Made by a program: the position numbers and the translations under genes. The notes under the pieces are model-generated. The model worked only from the letters and a program-made list of their open reading frames with translations, had not been told where the DNA came from and did not search any database. Of a stretch of DNA of 60,000 nt, positions 1 through 12,569 are shown in pieces (the first letter of the stretch is position 1; the number at the start of each line of letters is the position of its first letter). The stretch comes from Malacoraja senta. Taxonomy: Eukaryota. Where the stretch lies: the NCBI GenBank assembly GCA_038087875.1, contig CM075988.1, positions 6,450,001 through 6,510,000 on the forward strand, written 5' to 3'.

Positions 1-369
1 CCTACAGGCTTGGACCCACAGTAATGAACTGGTGCTGACAAGTCTTTCAAACCACACATGCTGAAAACCTGTCAGTACAACAGCACCTGAAAGGAGAAGT
101 AAGTGAGGCAAATACTTCATGGTCAGATCTGTTCTGCTGAAGAGTCGTAAATGGAATTAGTGTCTTGTTTCTCTCAATAGTTGATGGACCAGATGTTGAT
201 TTGCAACCATCACTACCTTCATTTCAGAAGTCAGCACTTAAACCCTCTCTGTGCTTTGTCAGTGGCAGTAAGGTGACTGCTGAAAAAGACTCTGAAGCTC
301 TCTGAGGTTATATTTATGTACAGTAATAGTGGGCAGGGAGTAGAGGAAGCTTTATTCTGCCACCTATAC

Positions 370-741
370 TCACCTCATATTTCGTTTGGGCCGCTTACAC
401 CCCAATGGTATGAATATTGACTTCTCTAACTTCAAGTAACCCTTGCTTTCCCTCTCTCTCCATCCCTCCCCTCCTCCTTCCAGCCAGTCTCACTGCCCCT
501 GATTACATTATATCTCTGCTTGCTTTGTTGTTACCTTCTCCGAGCTAACAATAATCTATTCTGCATTTTCCTTGATCTCCGCCCCCTTTGATGTCTTGTT
601 CTCACACCTTACACTTCCTTATCTCTATATCTCCCTCTCCCCTGACTCTCAGTCTGAAGAAGGGTCTCAACCTAAAATGTCACCCATTCCTTCTCTCCAG
701 AGACGTTGCCTGTCCCGCTGAGTTACTCCAGCATATTGTGT
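370..741 (+). mobile_element. 5'-truncated Penelope-like element (GIY-YIG endonuclease C-terminus + 3' UTR with decayed hammerhead core)
   Basis: 371-439 translates HLIFRLGRLHPNGMNIDFSNFK*, typical of the PLE endonuclease C-terminus. CTGAAGA at 654 is followed by a CpG-decayed stem II/GAAA. Flanked by a 10-bp direct repeat CCACCTATAC (360-369, 742-751). Confidence 0.85.
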
Positions 742-1033
742 CCACCTATACCTGCTTATCTGATTGTTGTGTGGAATCAAAGTGTTCCATACTATCCAGA
801 CCAAAGATAGACACAAAATCCTTTGTGTCTATGTATTTCTGAATTGCCACAATATTTTGTAGAGAGAAGTTCCAGAATTAACGCACGCAAGTTTACGATA
901 AGAAAATCAAAAAAAAAATTGCAGATGCTGGAAATCTGAAACTAAATCACAAAATCGCTGGAAACACTCAGCAGATCAGGCGGCATCTGTGGAAAGAGAG
1001 ACCGACAAGTTAATGTTTCAAGTCAAGGAATTC

Positions 1034-1685
1034 AGGACGGTGCAGTGGTGCAGCGGTAGAGTTGCTGCCTTACAGCACTTACAGCGCCAGAGACCCGGGT
1101 TCGATCCCGACTACGGGTGCTTGTCTGTACGGAGTTTGTACTTTCTCCCCGTGACCTGCGTGGGTTTTCTCCGAGATCTTCGGTTTCCTCCCACATGCCA
1201 AAGACATGCAGGTTTGTGGGTTAATTGGCTTGGTTTCAATGTAAATTGTCCCTTGTGTGTGTGTGTGTTTTTCTTATTTCTTACTGCCTATTGTGCCTCC
1301 TGGCATGTAGGGCAGCAACGAAGGTCCTCCACTCAGTAGTGTTGATTCCTTCAGTTGCTGTTTCCGTAACATATTTGTTTTACGAGACAGGGTTGTTAGC
1401 CCTGTGCTCAACCTCCAACCTGGAGAACCAGTGGATCGCTCTTCGTCTCGCCTCTACCCTTCGACCTGTCCAGCATGGGAGACCCTAACAGGAGACAAAT
1501 CTCCCACTGGCATAGCTCTAGGAGTCACTGAGACACACAAGCTCCCCGACCACGACAAGGTTGCAATCCAACGGGGAGTTGTGTGTGTGTAGGGGAGTGT
1601 AAATGTGCAGGGATTGCTGGGCGGCATGGACTCGGTGGGCTGAAGGGCCTGTTTCCGCACTGTATCTCTAAACTAAAGTAAACTG
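1034..1685 (+). mobile_element. tRNA-derived V-SINE (HE1-like), interrupted by an RTE-derived insertion
   Basis: A-box (GGTGCAGCGGTAGAG), B-box (GGTTCGATCCC), V-domain-like core CGGTTTCCTCCCACA, and CR1-like tail GGGCTGAAGGGCCTGTTTCC...TAAACTAAA. Confidence 0.9.
1268..1578 (-). mobile_element. Non-autonomous RTE/BovB-like bipartite element (5' UTR joined to 3' end)
   Basis: Minus strand starts with an RTE/BovB-type 5' UTR (ACCTTGTCGTGG...GAGCTATGCC...GGACAGGTC...GATCCACTGG). It ends with EWRTFVAALHARRHNRQ* and an AAGAAATAAGAAAA tail. Inserted in a duplicated (TG)n. Confidence 0.75.
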
Positions 1686-1803
1686 AAAAGTAACTCAATC
1701 AGTCGTCGTTGTGTTCAAGCCCATACATTCTACACTGGCACTGGAAACGAGGAGAGGCAAGAATTAGAAGCAACCACATTGTGGAGAACATTAATTGGTG
1801 ACA

Positions 1804-3203
1804 TTGTATTGTATATCTTTATCACATACCCAGAGGAAACAAAAAAACGTTCCTCAACCAGTGTCCATTTCAATGTGCTGTAAAAAATAAATAGAAGTAA
1901 AAATACATATATCATGAACAAATTAACACTCTACTCTCTACTAAACATCAACAGGCGTTCCGATCGGCAGCGGCACGACAGTGGCTCTGCTGCAGTGTGT
2001 CCAGGTTGGTGGTTGGTGCACGATACTTTGGCAGGGAGCAGAGTCCGTTTATCAGTCTTATAACTTGCGGGAAGAAGCTGAGGAGCATCCTGCTGGTTTT
2101 GCACCTAATGCTCCGGTACCTCTTCCCAGATGGCAGGATGGAGAATATGTGATGCGATGGGTGGTAGGGGTCTTTGATGATGGAGATGGCTCTGCTGATA
2201 CATCTCTTCCTGTATATGTCCAGCAGGAAAGGGAGTGGAGCACCAATAATCCTGCTGGCGGTCTTCACAATCCTGTCTAGTTGGTGCCGTTCGCACGCCT
2301 TGCAGCTCCCGAACCAGGAAGTGATGCCGTAGGTTAATGTGCTCTCGATTGTCCCCCTATAAAAAGTTCGTAGGTGTGTAGTGGGGAGACCTGCTTTACG
2401 TAGTCTTCGGAGAGGGTGTAGTCGCTGCTGGGCTCTCTTGACCAGTGCTGTGGTGTTGGTCGTGGACGTCAGGTCATCTGACAGGTGGAGTCCTAGGAAC
2501 TTCATGCTGTTGACCCTTTCCACATCAGCTCCATCGATGTGCAGAGGTGTATGGTGTTGTTTTCCCGCCCTCCTGAAGTCAACCACCATCTCCTTAGTCT
2601 TTCCCACGTTGAGAATGAGGTTGTGGGATTTGCACCATCCTGTGAGCAGCTCCACCTCCATCCTGTACGCCGACTCATCATTGTCACTGATGAGACCCAC
2701 CACTGTTGTGTCATCAGCGAACTTGTTGATGAAGTTGTTGTTGAGTCTAGCAGTACAGTCGTGTGTTAGCAGACTAAACAGCAGGGGGCTTAGGACACAG
2801 CGTTGGGGTGAGCCAGTGCTCACGGCTATGGTTTTTGATGTCCTACTGCCCACCCTGACTGTCTGCTGCCGTTGCGATAGAAAGTTCAGGACCCAGTTAC
2901 ATGTGCCAGCATCAACCCCCAATAGCTCCAACTTCTCCACCAGCTGCTGCGGAATGATTGTATTAAAAGCCGAGCTGAAGTCTATGAAGAGGATCCTGGC
3001 ATAAGTATTTTTCTGATCAAGGTGTGACATACGAGGTTCAGTGTTGTTGAGACTGCGTCCTCTGTGGATCGGTTGGCTCTGTAGGCGAACTGCAGTGGGT
3101 CTAGGTCGGCAGGTAGACTATTTTTGATATGCTGCATAACCAGTCGCTCTAAACACTTCATTACTATGGGTGTTAGAGCCACGTTAGTGGGATGAACCTA
3201 AGA
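1804..3203 (-). mobile_element. 5'-truncated Rex1/Babar non-LTR retrotransposon
   Basis: RT-encoding ORFs 2982-3182 and 1948-3030, followed by a 3' UTR and short (ATACA)n tail. Confidence 0.9.
1948..3182 (-). pseudogene. Reverse transcriptase of Rex1/Babar LINE, frameshifted near 3030
   Basis: Motifs [78 protein letters not shown]. Confidence 0.92.
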
Positions 3204-3400
3204 GCTAATGATTAATTAAGTCTCAGGTGAAGACTAAAACAAGAGGAACAAAGTAGAACCCACAAAATAAATGATTGGTTCCCTAACTGTGAATATAGCA
3301 CTAGGCTCTATGGTTGATCAAGTGAAGGGATTGGCAGTGATAAACACTACATATCATCAGACTAGTCTTAGACCAGATACTGGAAAAACTGTAATCCTAA

Positions 3401-3991
3401 AGCCCCTGTCCCACAGGCGATATTTTCGGTGACTACAGGTGACTAGGCTGTCGCCACATGGTCGCGGGGTGACGCCTGTATGGTCGTGAGTCGTCTCCTC
3501 AAGTCGCCTAAAGAGTCGTAACGTTTTTCTGGTCGCCGCTGGATTTTGAAATGTTCAAAACTTTTCGGCGACTGTGGGCTTGACGTAGCTTGTCTTCTCC
3601 GGTCGTAGGTTGTCGCCAGGATGACGCAGGTTGTCGCCGGGTGACGTTGGTCGTAACTGGGTGCTGACTTCGGTGAATTCCATTGGCGACTACCGACATC
3701 AACCGGCGATGGGTACCGGCGACTGAATTGTCTTCAGTTGTCGCCGACAGGGTCGTTGCTTGTCGTAGCTTGTCGCCTGTGTGTTCGTAGGTTGTCGTAG
3801 GTGTGGTCGTAGGTGGACGTATTAATGGGTCGCCGGTTGTCGGTAGCTTGCCGTAGCTTGCCGTCGACTAGGTGGTAGGTTGTTGTAGCTTGTTATAGAC
3901 ATTGTCGTGGGAGTGTCCAGTCGCCAAATGTTCGACGACCTGTTACGACTGTGGCAGTCGCTGAAAAAATCGCCTAAGTGGGACATGCCCT
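3401..3991. mobile_element. PIF/Harbinger-type MITE
   Basis: Imperfect TIR AGCCCCTGTCCCAC...GTGGGACATGCCCT with TAA TSD (3398-3400, 3992-3994). CpG-rich interior of GTCGTAG/GTCGCC repeats. Confidence 0.8.
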
Positions 3992-4004
3992 TAACAAGTT
4001 TCAG

Positions 4005-4283
4005 TGTGGCACGGTGACGCATCGCTAGAGTTACTGCCTTACCGCACCAGAGACACAGGTTCGATCCTGACTATGAGTGCTGTCTGTATGGAGTTTGTGC
4101 ATTCTCCCCGCGACCTACTTGGGTTTTCTCCTGGTGCTCCGGTTTCCTCCCGCAATCCAAAGACGTACAAGTTTGTAGGTTAATTGGCTTGGTAAAATTG
4201 TAAATTGTCCCTAGTGTGTGTAGCATGGTGATAATGTGCGGAGATCGCTGGTCGGCACGGACTCGGTAAACTAACCTAAACTG
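4005..4283 (+). mobile_element. V-SINE (HE1-like)
   Basis: Same A/B box head, core and TAAAC tail as other copies. Confidence 0.9.
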
Positions 4284-5325
4284 AAGTCGCAGGAGCCCTT
4301 CATTCCTTTCACACTGAAAAGATGAAAATGTGTTCTAGACAAACAAGTAAAGAGTGAGGGCAAAGGAAGAGATGCATCCGAAGAATTTGTGCATTAAATA
4401 AAGAAGATAGTCTTTCTTGGTTGGAATAGGAGCAGATACTTATGTAACTGCAGCAAATTTAATTTGACAATTGATATCCAATTCAACAACGGAAGTTACA
4501 AAAAGCATTTCAGCCCAGCATGGACAGAGATTGGGGCATGCTGTAGGAACCATTTCCATGGGTCAGGAGAGATGATTAGCAGTGGCAGGGTTGCTCTGAA
4601 GGATCTGCATTGCTTTGCAACTACAGTGCATTTCTGGATCGCACGCAGCGAGCCACCTTTGTGTGTGGTCTTGTGGATGATTATATCCAGTCCATGTTAC
4701 TTTACTTTCAATACAAATGTATCTATGGAGGGGGCCTCTAAAAATGCAAAGGATTTCTGGCCAGCACAGAATGTTAGTGTGAACGTCTAAGTCGATTCAC
4801 CTGCGTCAGTGTATAACGAGGCTCCGCTGTTATTGCGATGGTATTACTGCTTCACCTCGTGTTATAGAAAAATGAGCGATGGGGATAAAGGGATAATGTG
4901 GGATAAAGACCAGCAAAACAAATGTATCTTCTGTATTGGAAAAGCCTCAGACGTGAGACATTGCTTGGTGCATTATTGACCCAGCAGCCTGGTGAAATGT
5001 GCTTGCATTACTTCAACCATGTCATTGGGGATATGATGAGCCTACACATGGGCAGTCGAGTAGCCAGGTAGACCAAAAATAAACATAAATCCTGCTCGGA
5101 CATAGAGACAGGCATTTGAGATTAGATTAGATGTTACCAGGTTTAATCATTTCTTGCTGAGAAGGCCATTGATACATACTATACCGCCTGCAAGCTGCTT
5201 CTGGTCATTTGGGACGAGAGTCTTATTCCAAGTTACTGAGGGGAACTATCCAACTGTGGCTCAATACAACTGTGGCACTGGGTCTCTGGAACTGCAGCGG
5301 TGCAATGCTGAGAACAATATTTCCT

Positions 5326-5460
5326 TGTGTAGGAAGTAATTGCAGGTGCTGGTTTACACCGAAGATAGACGCAAGATGCTGGAGTAACTCAGTGGGACAG
5401 GCAGCATCTCTGGAGGGAAGGAGTGGGTGACGTTTCGGATCGAGACCCTTCTTCAGACTG
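5326..5460 (-). mobile_element. Penelope-derived terminal repeat with hammerhead core
   Basis: Reverse complement of the PLE 3' UTR seen at 650-741. Confidence 0.8.
5429..5456 (-). ncRNA. Minimal hammerhead ribozyme core (GUC type)
   Basis: Minus strand CTGAAGA-AGGGTCTCGATCC-GAAACGTC. Confidence 0.6.
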
Positions 5461-6020
5461 AGCGAACTGCATCTTCCCCTTCGCTCCACCTATTGCACTT
5501 GAGTTTGAATTGTCTGTATTTATGTATAGTATTATCTGATCTGATTAGATAGCATGCAAATCAAAGCTATTCACTATACCCCGGCACACGTGACTAACCT
5601 AAATAGTGTGACCGATAAAACACAATGATAGATGCCTTGTCAAGATTATGTCATGAAGTCACGTCAAATGCCGAAAGTCAACCAAGGGATAGGTAGTAGA
5701 GGCAATTTTCCTGTAACAGCAATAGAAACAGCTCACTAAAGGATCCAATGTTGGAGCAAAAATATGAAGACATTTTAACTGGATGGCCTGATGAAGCCAC
5801 AGGTCTGCGTGAAGACGTAAAGATACTTCAAGGCAGAGTCTATGAACTGTCTACCAACCAAGCTTACATAAAACTGAGCCCACAGGGTAGTAATATTGAA
5901 AAAGGATGATTTTGGAAGAATGCAGCACAGAATATCTGGATGTGATGTATATGAAGTGGTGGCAAGATGATTTATCTATTGGCTTCACCAGTAGATGTAA
6001 ACATGGATTGGAGAACACAA

Positions 6021-6297
6021 AGGGCGGCATGGTGGTGTAGTGGTAGAGCTACTGCCTTACAGCGTCAGAGACCCGGGTTCGATCCTGACTACGGGTGCTG
6101 TCTGTACAGAGTTTGTACGTTCTCCACGTGACCTGCGAGGATCTTTGGATTCGTCCCACACTCCAATGAATTATTTGGCTTGGTATAAATGTAAAATTGT
6201 CCATAGTGTGTGTAGGGTAGTGTTAATGTGCGGGTATCGCTGGTTGGGCGGATCCGGTGGGCCGAAGGGCCTGTTTCCGCACTGTATCTCTAAACAA
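6021..6297 (+). mobile_element. V-SINE (HE1-like)
   Basis: Head, core and tail match the family. Confidence 0.9.
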
Positions 6298-6774
6298 AAC
6301 ACTAATCCAGGGGTGGACGTGGGCTATCACAAGCCATCACAGCAGAGAGAGCCACTTAGATGGAGAGGTATGAACAATCTTTTAATATTAATCACCTGTC
6401 ATACAAAGCTGTTAGAAGTGAGGAATGCACAATAGAGCATTGAGAGTCTTTTCCACGCATGGTCAAACTCTCGACCATGATCTGATAAGACTTCTTCAAG
6501 AAGAAGCCACTTCAGATGATGATCAAGAGTTTAGATAGTTTTAGATTGAACAACCTGCAAAGAGCAATAGAACAGTTTCACTTGTCCTCATCATCCAGCT
6601 TCAAATAGGGAATTGGAACGAGCAGTTCACACGGTAAAGGAGGTGTTGAAGAAATATGTCATGGGAGCTCAACCAAGCATCATTACGAATCATCAACTTG
6701 CAGGGTTTCTTCTAATCTTCCGAGCAACACCACGCTGCACAACAAGGTACATTCCCGATGAAATAAAGAATGTA

Positions 6775-7200
6775 AGACAAGAATGATCCCAGGAATGAGT
6801 GGGTCAACATATGATGAGCGTTTGATGGCACTGGGTCTGTACTCGCTGGAGTTTCGAAGAATGAGGGGAGACCACATTGTGAACGATTTAGATAGAGTGG
6901 ACTTGGAGAGGATGTTTCCACTAGTGGGATAGTCTAGGACTAGAGGTCACAGCCTCACAATTAAAGGACGTTCCTTTACGAAGGAGATGAGGAGGAATTT
7001 CTTTAATCAGAGGGTGGGGAATCTGGAATTCTTTGCACGGAAGGCTGTGGCCAAGTCAATGGATATTTTTAAGGCAGAGATAGATAGATTCTTGATTAGT
7101 ACGGGAAGGCAAGAGAATGGGGTTAGGAGGGAGAGATAGATCAGCCATGATTGAACGGCGGAGTAGATTTGATGGGCCGAATGGCTGAATTCTGCTCAGA
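6775..7200 (+). mobile_element. CR1 LINE 3' fragment
   Basis: Decayed LGLYSLE..RMRGD, ERMFPLVG.SRTRGHSL.IKGR coding remnants, and 3' UTR ATGGGCCGAATGG. Confidence 0.85.
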
Positions 7201-7497
7201 ATACTTATGGCCTTACGACTTGGGAACCCATCGAGTGCTGTCCAACCCAATCTGAAAGAGGACGTGGACGAAAGGTGATTAAAGTGGGGAAAGCAGCAAG
7301 ACCTGTGCCACAGGGGCAGGCTCACCCCACACAATGCAGTTTGCCCCTTGAGACATCCCAGTGGAGAGGAGGAAGGACGACGGGAAAATAGTCTAGGAAA
7401 AGATAGAAGTTCCATAAAGTCCACACTGATCATTTAGTTCGGGCAACCACTACCTGAGAGGATAGCAAAATAGACTGAAAGAAGAAAGATATTTCCC

Positions 7498-7684
7498 TGG
7501 TAGGCAAAAATGCTGGAGAAACTCAGCGGGTGCAGCAGCATCTATGGAGCGAAGGAAATAGGCAATGTTTCGGGCCGAAACGTTGCCTATTTCCTTCGCT
7601 CCATAGATGCTGCTGCACCCGCTGAGTTTCCCCAGCATTTTTGTCTACCTTCGATTTTCAGGCATCTGCAGTTCCTTCTTAAAC
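7498..7684. mobile_element. Palindromic Penelope-derived element (GUU subfamily)
   Basis: Arms AAAAATGCTGGAGAAACTCAGCGGG...GGAAATAGGCAA folded back at GTTTCGGGCCGAAAC. 13-bp TSD AAAGATATTTCCC (7485-7497, 7685-7697). Confidence 0.85.
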
Positions 7685-7854
7685 AAAGATATTTCCCAAA
7701 TGAGTCCAGCTAGTGTTCAAGAGAAGCCAACAGGTACTGTTTCTGACGAGAATCACAGTTAGGCAACGTTTCCACGATCCTGGATAATCAACAACTTCTA
7801 CACCCAAAACATCAGCAACAACGCTGCAACAGGCCCCCTAGAGTCAGGAACAAA

Positions 7855-8532
7855 AACCTGGAGTGTGGGAGGAAATCGGAGCACCCGGGGAAAACCCACG
7901 CAGGTCACAGGGAGAACGTACAAACTCCGAACAGCCAACAACCCCTAGCCCCTGCAATCATGTATTGCCTTTCCGCTGACTGGATAGCACGCAACAAATG
8001 TTTTTCACTGTACCTCGGTTCACGTGACAATAAATTAAACTGTAAACTGCATCAATCTGTTCTGTTTACCACTGTTGTTTGTTATACTATTCTTTTTTTT
8101 TTTTTTCTTTTTTTAATTAAAAAAAAAAAATTTTATTAGAAGTATTTTACATTACAGTTATCTGCGATAACATAACATAATTTTACACAATTCTTGTACC
8201 ACTTCTGTTTTTCAACTTTAATAGAAAAAAGGATAGAAAGAGCTCGCAAAGATAGTCAGTGAGTGATGTTATACTATTCTTATACCAATGTAAAGCACTT
8301 TGGCCAACGAGAGTTGTTTTTTAAATGTGCTATATAAATAAAAGTGACTTGACTTGAATTCTTGATTAGTACAAGTGTCAGAAGTTATGGGGAGAGGGCA
8401 AGAGGAAGAGATAGATCAGCCATGTTTGTCTATTGATGGGCCGAATGGCCTAATTCTCTTCCTATTCCTTATGGCCTTATGAACCTGGGTCTCTGGCGCT
8501 GTAAGGCAGCAACTCTACCGCCGTGTCACCAT
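7855..8532 (-). mobile_element. Nested cluster: minus-strand V-SINE interrupted by LINE 3' tails
   Basis: SINE body 7855-7945 and head 8480-8532, with (TAAAC)/(GACTT)-tailed and CR1 3' pieces between them. Confidence 0.7.
8095..8266 (-). mobile_element. Short poly(A)-tailed retroposon 3' end (L1/Tx1-type)
   Basis: Poly(T) on plus strand and AATAAA on minus. 15-bp TSD TGTTATACTATTCTT (8080-8094, 8267-8281). Confidence 0.7.
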
Positions 8533-9129
8533 TTTGCCCTTTTAAATACCGGGGGTTTTAAATACCTGAATATTTAAAGGTATTTAAATACCTGAGAATA
8601 TACCATATCTGGAGCAGAAGCGATTGATCGGACTTTGACATCTAAGATCAAGTCACCATCAGTCAAGCCCTCTATTCTGATCGGCTGCAGGACAACATCA
8701 TAAAACGGACAGAGTGTGAGGAGTAAATGAAGTGCAAGAAATAATATTTTCATGAATCAATTGACCTATTATGACTAAATATGGAAAACATTTTCACAGT
8801 TATGACAACCCACGTGCGTGATAGCAGTTTATATTTCACTAAAATAACTTATGACTCATTGTGTAAGCACTTGGACTGAGCGGGAGTTACAGTAGGTATT
8901 AAACACAAGCGAGAGTGAAGCGGATTAATTGGGCCAAGGTCTGCCATTGAACTGATCGACCATGCAAATGGCAAACGCATGAGTTTGATTTTCATCTTTC
9001 CAAGTTAATGTGGATATGTCTGAATATTTCATCCAAGGACGGACGGGCAGTGCTCACATTTAACCTCTCCATTCTTGTAACATCATAATTAATTCACTGT
9101 GATTTTATCGCATACTCCTGTGTTTGCAT

Positions 9130-9684
9130 CCTCCTACCTCTCCCCCTCTCTCTCCCCCTCTTCCCCTCTCACCATCCTCTCTCCTCTCTCCTCTCTTCCC
9201 TAATCTCTTCCCCTCTCTCCTCTCTCCACCTCTCTCTCCCCCCTCTACGCCTCTCTTCCCCCTCCCCTCTCTCAATCTCCTCTTTCTCTCCCCCCTCTTT
9301 CTCTCCCCTCCCTCTCCCCTCTCTCTCTCCTCTCTCTCCCCTCTCTCTCCCCTCTCTCTCTCCTCTCTCTCCCCTCTCTCTCTCCTCTCTCTCCCCTCTC
9401 TCCCCTCTCTTTCCCCTCTCTCTCTCCCCTCTCTCTCCCCCTCACTCTCCCTCTCTCTCTCTCCTCTCTCTCTCCCCTCTCTCCCCCCTCTTTCCCCTCT
9501 CTTTCCCCTCTCTCTCTCCCCTCTCTCTTCCCTCTCTCTCCCCCTCACTCTCCCTCTCTCTCCCCCCTTTCTCTCCCCTCTCTCTCTCCCCCTCACTCTC
9601 CCCTCTCTCTCCCCATCTCTCTCTCCCCTCTCTCTCTCCCCTCTCTCTCCCCCCATCTCTCCCCCCCTCTCTCTCCCCCCTCTT
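9130..9684. repeat. CT-rich polypyrimidine low-complexity tract
   Basis: About 550 nt almost only C/T. Confidence 0.97.
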
Positions 9685-9970
9685 AGGATGTTTTACTGAG
9701 TTGAAGGTGAGTAAATGAACACCGGTGTCTCTCTATGCACCTTATTCCTCCCCTGAGGCTTGTCCATTCATTACCTCTGCCAATCCTCTCTACAATCTGC
9801 AGATTTAAAAAATAACAATGCTTGATTAATGAACCCAGATATCCACTGCTCTCCTCAGCCTTACAATGAGCTTTGACTTTTCACCTGATTTTCTGGTTAT
9901 GTTAAAAAATCTTCATTTCAGCAGTGTTGTATAGCCAGGCTCACCGTAGTCACAATTACAGATTAAATCT

Positions 9971-10154
9971 TTAAGAAGGAACTGCAGATGCTGGAAAATC
10001 GAAGGTAGACAAAAATGCTGGAGAAACTCAGCGGGTGAGGCAGCATCTATGGAGCGAAGGAAATAGGCAACGTTTCGGCCTGAAACGTTGCCTATTTCCG
10101 TCGCTCCATAGATGCGGCCTCACCCGCTGAGTTTCTCCAGCATTTTTGTCTACC
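9971..10154. mobile_element. Palindromic Penelope-derived element (GUU subfamily)
   Basis: Fold-back arms. 14-bp TSD TACAGATTAAATCT (9957-9970, 10155-10168). Confidence 0.85.
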
Positions 10155-10577
10155 TACAGATTAAATCTAACTCCTGTAGCCCAACATGTTTTGAATTTGT
10201 AATAAAGATCTCTACTAATTAACTAATTTTAACTAAGATCTATAATTAGCTAAGATCTATACTAATGTAAGCTAATTAAGCTACCAGTGCAACTTTAGTA
10301 ATCTCAGCCAACAGTGTTTCTGACTTGAAAGGACACAAGTTGCTGGATTAACTCAGCAGGTCAGGCAGCATCTCTGGAGAACATGCATAGGTAGCTTTTT
10401 GGGTCGGGACCCTTCTCCAGACTAAGTTTCTAAGTTTATAGGAAGGAACTGCAGATGCTGGTTTACACTGTAGATATACACAAACGTCACCCATTCCTTC
10501 TCTTCAGAGATTCTGCCTGTTCCGCTGAGCTACTCCAGCAGTTTGTGTCTATCTTAAGTATCTAAGTTTCTGGCTTA

Positions 10578-10908
10578 TGGGCCTGTCCCACTTACGCCAC
10601 TTTTTCGGCGACTGCCGGCACCCATCATAGGTCGTTGCAGGTAACTGAAAAATGTCAACATGTTGAAAATCCAGCAGCGACCAGAACAAGGTACGACTCT
10701 TTGGGCGACTACTCACGACCATACAGGCTTCACCCCTGCGACATGTCGCCTGTATGGTCGCGAGGCGTCTCCTCAGTCGCCCATAGAGTCGTAGCGTCTT
10801 TCTGGTCGGCGCTGAATTTTCAACATGTTGAAAATCTTCACCGACCTGCAACGACCTATGACGGGTGGCGGAAGTCACCGAAAAAGTCGCATAAGTGGGA
10901 CAGGCCAA
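10578..10908. mobile_element. PIF/Harbinger-type MITE, near-fully palindromic
   Basis: TIR GGCCTGTCCCACTTA...TAAGTGGGACAGGCC with TTA TSD (10575-10577, 10909-10911). Arms are complementary over most of the length. Confidence 0.85.
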
Positions 10909-11111
10909 TTAGAGTCACAGACATTTCTTGGAACCCTTGGAGTCCAACCAAAACAAATACAGATGTTGGGAACCTGAAATAGTAACAGGAATAGTCAACA
11001 TACCAGGCAACACCTGCAGAAAGAAAAAGCAGCAGAATTTAGATTCTGTTGTGTAAGAAGAAACTGCAGGTGGTGGTTGACACCGACGATAGACAGAAAA
11101 TGCTGCAGTAA

Positions 11112-11338
11112 AGGGCCTGTCCCACTTTCACGATCTAATTCACGACCTTTTTTACTCGTGGACATTTTTCATCATGTTGAAAAAACGCCCCGACCTACTT
11201 GATGCCACGAGTACCTACGACTAGCATCACGACCTGCTACGACCTACCTACGACCTTGTGACGACCATGCTGCGAGTATGAGTCAAGGGCAAACTCGGCA
11301 GAGGTCGTGAATTAGGTCATGAAAGTGGGACAGGCCCT
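11112..11338. mobile_element. PIF/Harbinger-type MITE inserted into a PLE repeat
   Basis: TIR AGGGCCTGTCCCACTTTCA...TGAAAGTGGGACAGGCCCT. Duplicates the TAA of host GCTGCAG-TAA-CTCAGCGGG. Confidence 0.9.
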
Positions 11339-12044
11339 TAACTCAGCGGGTCAAGCAGCACCTCTGGAGAAAAGGAATAGGTGACGTTTCGGGCCTAAAG
11401 TCTAAATCAACGGTCTGCTCCTTGCCATGGTTCAGGCAAGTCTGCTGACGTATGAAGGAGGTCACGTGATTGTTCCAACAGGGAAGCAGAGATTAAAAGG
11501 CACAAGAGAAATACAATCATAAACCAATTGATACAGAGCAGGTTTCTCACCCATCACACAAATAGGAACAGAAAATGCTGGTATATTCAGTGGACCAAGC
11601 AGCATCTGTGGAGAGAGAAACAGATAACATACCAGGTCAACAAGCTTCCTGATGAATGAGTTCTCAACCTGGAACATTAATGGGGTTTTTTCCACAGATG
11701 TGCCTGATCTGCTGAGTATTCCAGCAGTTTCTGTTTTCATTACAGTTTACAAGTGTTTTATTGATGGTCATTTATTGTGTCATCAGGACAGTGTAAGACT
11801 TAGAATTTGTTTATTATGACAAATTTATTCGGACTCCAGAAACACGCATACACAGAAATAAGCAGACAATGATATCATTGGGGCAGCTTAGAATTATACT
11901 ACTGACTCTGGGAGACAGTCACTGGTCGAGTAAATGTTATCACCATTTAGTCTACATCACCCACCTTGACCCATCAGTAGAGAGTGAATGGGTGTGTGAC
12001 ATTCTAACCTCTGCATTCTGACCTCACCATTATTTTCACACAGA

Positions 12045-12302
12045 ATTGTGTGCAGGCTTTGGAGTGGGAGCAGAAGAGAATCACCAGGATGCTGCCTGGA
12101 TTAGGGAGTATTAGCTATAGGGAAAGATCGGGAAAAAATGGATTGTTTTCTCTGGAATGGTGGCGAGTGAGGGGAGATATGATAGAGGTATATAAAATCA
12201 TGAGAAGCATAGACAGGGTAGACAGTCGGAACCTTTCTCCCCAGGATGGAAATGTCAAAGATTGGAGGGGGTTTAGCTTTAAGGTGAGAGAGGAAAAGTT
12301 TG
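12045..12302 (+). mobile_element. CR1 LINE fragment
   Basis: ORF remnant ALE..QKRITRMLPGL..ISYRER..GLFSLE..RGDMIEVYKIM. Confidence 0.85.
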
Positions 12303-12569
12303 AACTCTAACCAAAAAAGGACCCAAAGTGCTGGAGTAACTCAGCAGGTCAGGCGGCGTCTCTGGAGAACATGGACGGGAACATGGATGTTTCTGGTCGG
12401 CACCTACTTCAGACTTCTTCTCGTAAAGCTGCATCTGCAGTTCCTTGTTGCTTCTAATGTCCACAACCTCCTGACTCCCTCTCTCCCTGGGAAGGTTACA
12501 GACCCAAACCGTGGAATTTTCCCCAAAAGGATTCTTGCAGGGAGGGGAGAGGACAAGAGAGAGTCTCAG

